A stretch of 64,000 bases of DNA from Heptranchias perlo (Eukaryota), in contig NC_090356.1 in assembly GCF_035084215.1 (NCBI RefSeq), positions 15,810,001 to 15,874,000 of the forward strand, in the 5' to 3' direction. Under the pieces are notes generated by a model. It was given only the letters and a program-made list of their open reading frames with translations, had not been told where the DNA came from and made no database searches. Positions 63,064 to 64,000 of this stretch are shown here, one piece after another. Within the stretch, counting starts at the first letter, position 1. The number at the start of each line of letters is the position of its first letter. A program made the position numbers and the translations under genes.

Positions 63064-64000
63064 TGGAGCCAAGGAAAACCCTGGCATAAAGTTGTTGGAT
63101 TCGGCAAAGCTGATGGCTGGAAAAACCTGGTGAAAAAAATGGGCCTTCCTGTTATCTGGCCTCGGCGAATTTGCTTTGGGGGTTGCCATCAGTGCACAAG
63201 GCCTGTGGGTGAGGAACTGGCTGCCCCTCACGCCACTGAGAACAATATAAAATCAGCTCTAGACTGTGGTTTCCTTTTGAAGTTAACTATGACTCTGGTT
63301 ATTGCAATGACTTTTATTGCAGCGGTAGTGCTTTGGTGACAGTGAGCTATTAGTGATGCTGACAATTCATGTTTTTTTTTTGCTTGATCAGTAGTTGGCA
63401 TTTCCTTCAAAGTTACAGGGTTACCCTACCCAGCGCACAAGCTGATTGCTTCTAAGTCACCTTGTTTGCTTGCAGTTGTGTGAACGCAGTTAGCTGCGAT
63501 ATTCACAACTGCTTTATACGTAACCAAGGAATAATATAGATAGGTTAATATGATTTGAATTGGCAATGAAATGATGAGTTCACCTTGCACATTTGCACAT
63601 AAAGCAAGTAAATCACCTTGAGACGTGCTGACTGGTGAGTGCCCATGTGGAAAGATTTCTCCTGTTAATATGTTATAATACAGCAAATTGCATGGACAAT
63701 TGCTGGTAATTATTCCTTTCTCCAGCCCAATCGCCCCTTTGCTAAGAGAAAATAATCAAAAATGTTTCTCAGTTGACCCATGGTCCATTTTGCAGTTTTG
63801 CTGGTACACTTGAAGTTTAGTCACGAATAAAGATTGCATTGATTATTTTACATACATCTGAGTAGTCGTGTCCAAATTGACAGGCCTTAACCCAAATTAC
63901 ATTTAGAGGCACAGTGCTGGTTTGGCCCATTCATGTACCTGAAACTAACTGCCAATGGATATTTGATGCTCTTGTTTTCCTCAATCATCGTCTTGTTACC

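Overview
Eukaryotic, repeat-dense, AT-rich vertebrate DNA. The repeat families (HER1-like CR1 LINEs, L2 tails, Deu-domain tRNA SINEs, Harbinger transposons, a Tx1-like fragment, a Penelope end) point to a cartilaginous fish (shark); this is inference. No host gene could be identified with confidence; a few candidate minus-strand exons are flagged at low confidence. The main finding is a ~3.3-kb single-ORF LINE at 7162-10440 (-). It begins with an intact tRNA-Thr(AGT)-like Pol III promoter (A and B boxes), has no TTTT Pol III terminator on its sense strand (manual scan), lacks ORF1, and has no in-frame ATG before its endonuclease domain. A ~420-bp SINE at 54291-54715 shares both its 5' head and its 3' tail. 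Together this suggests an autonomous retrotransposon transcribed by RNA polymerase III plus its internally deleted SINE partner. Other points: a Penelope end with a minimal hammerhead ribozyme next to a perfect 38-bp fold-back, several Harbinger autonomous remnants and MITEs, and a multi-layer nested insertion cluster at 49.5-56.7 kb. All coordinates and counts were made by eye; repeat boundaries are approximate.
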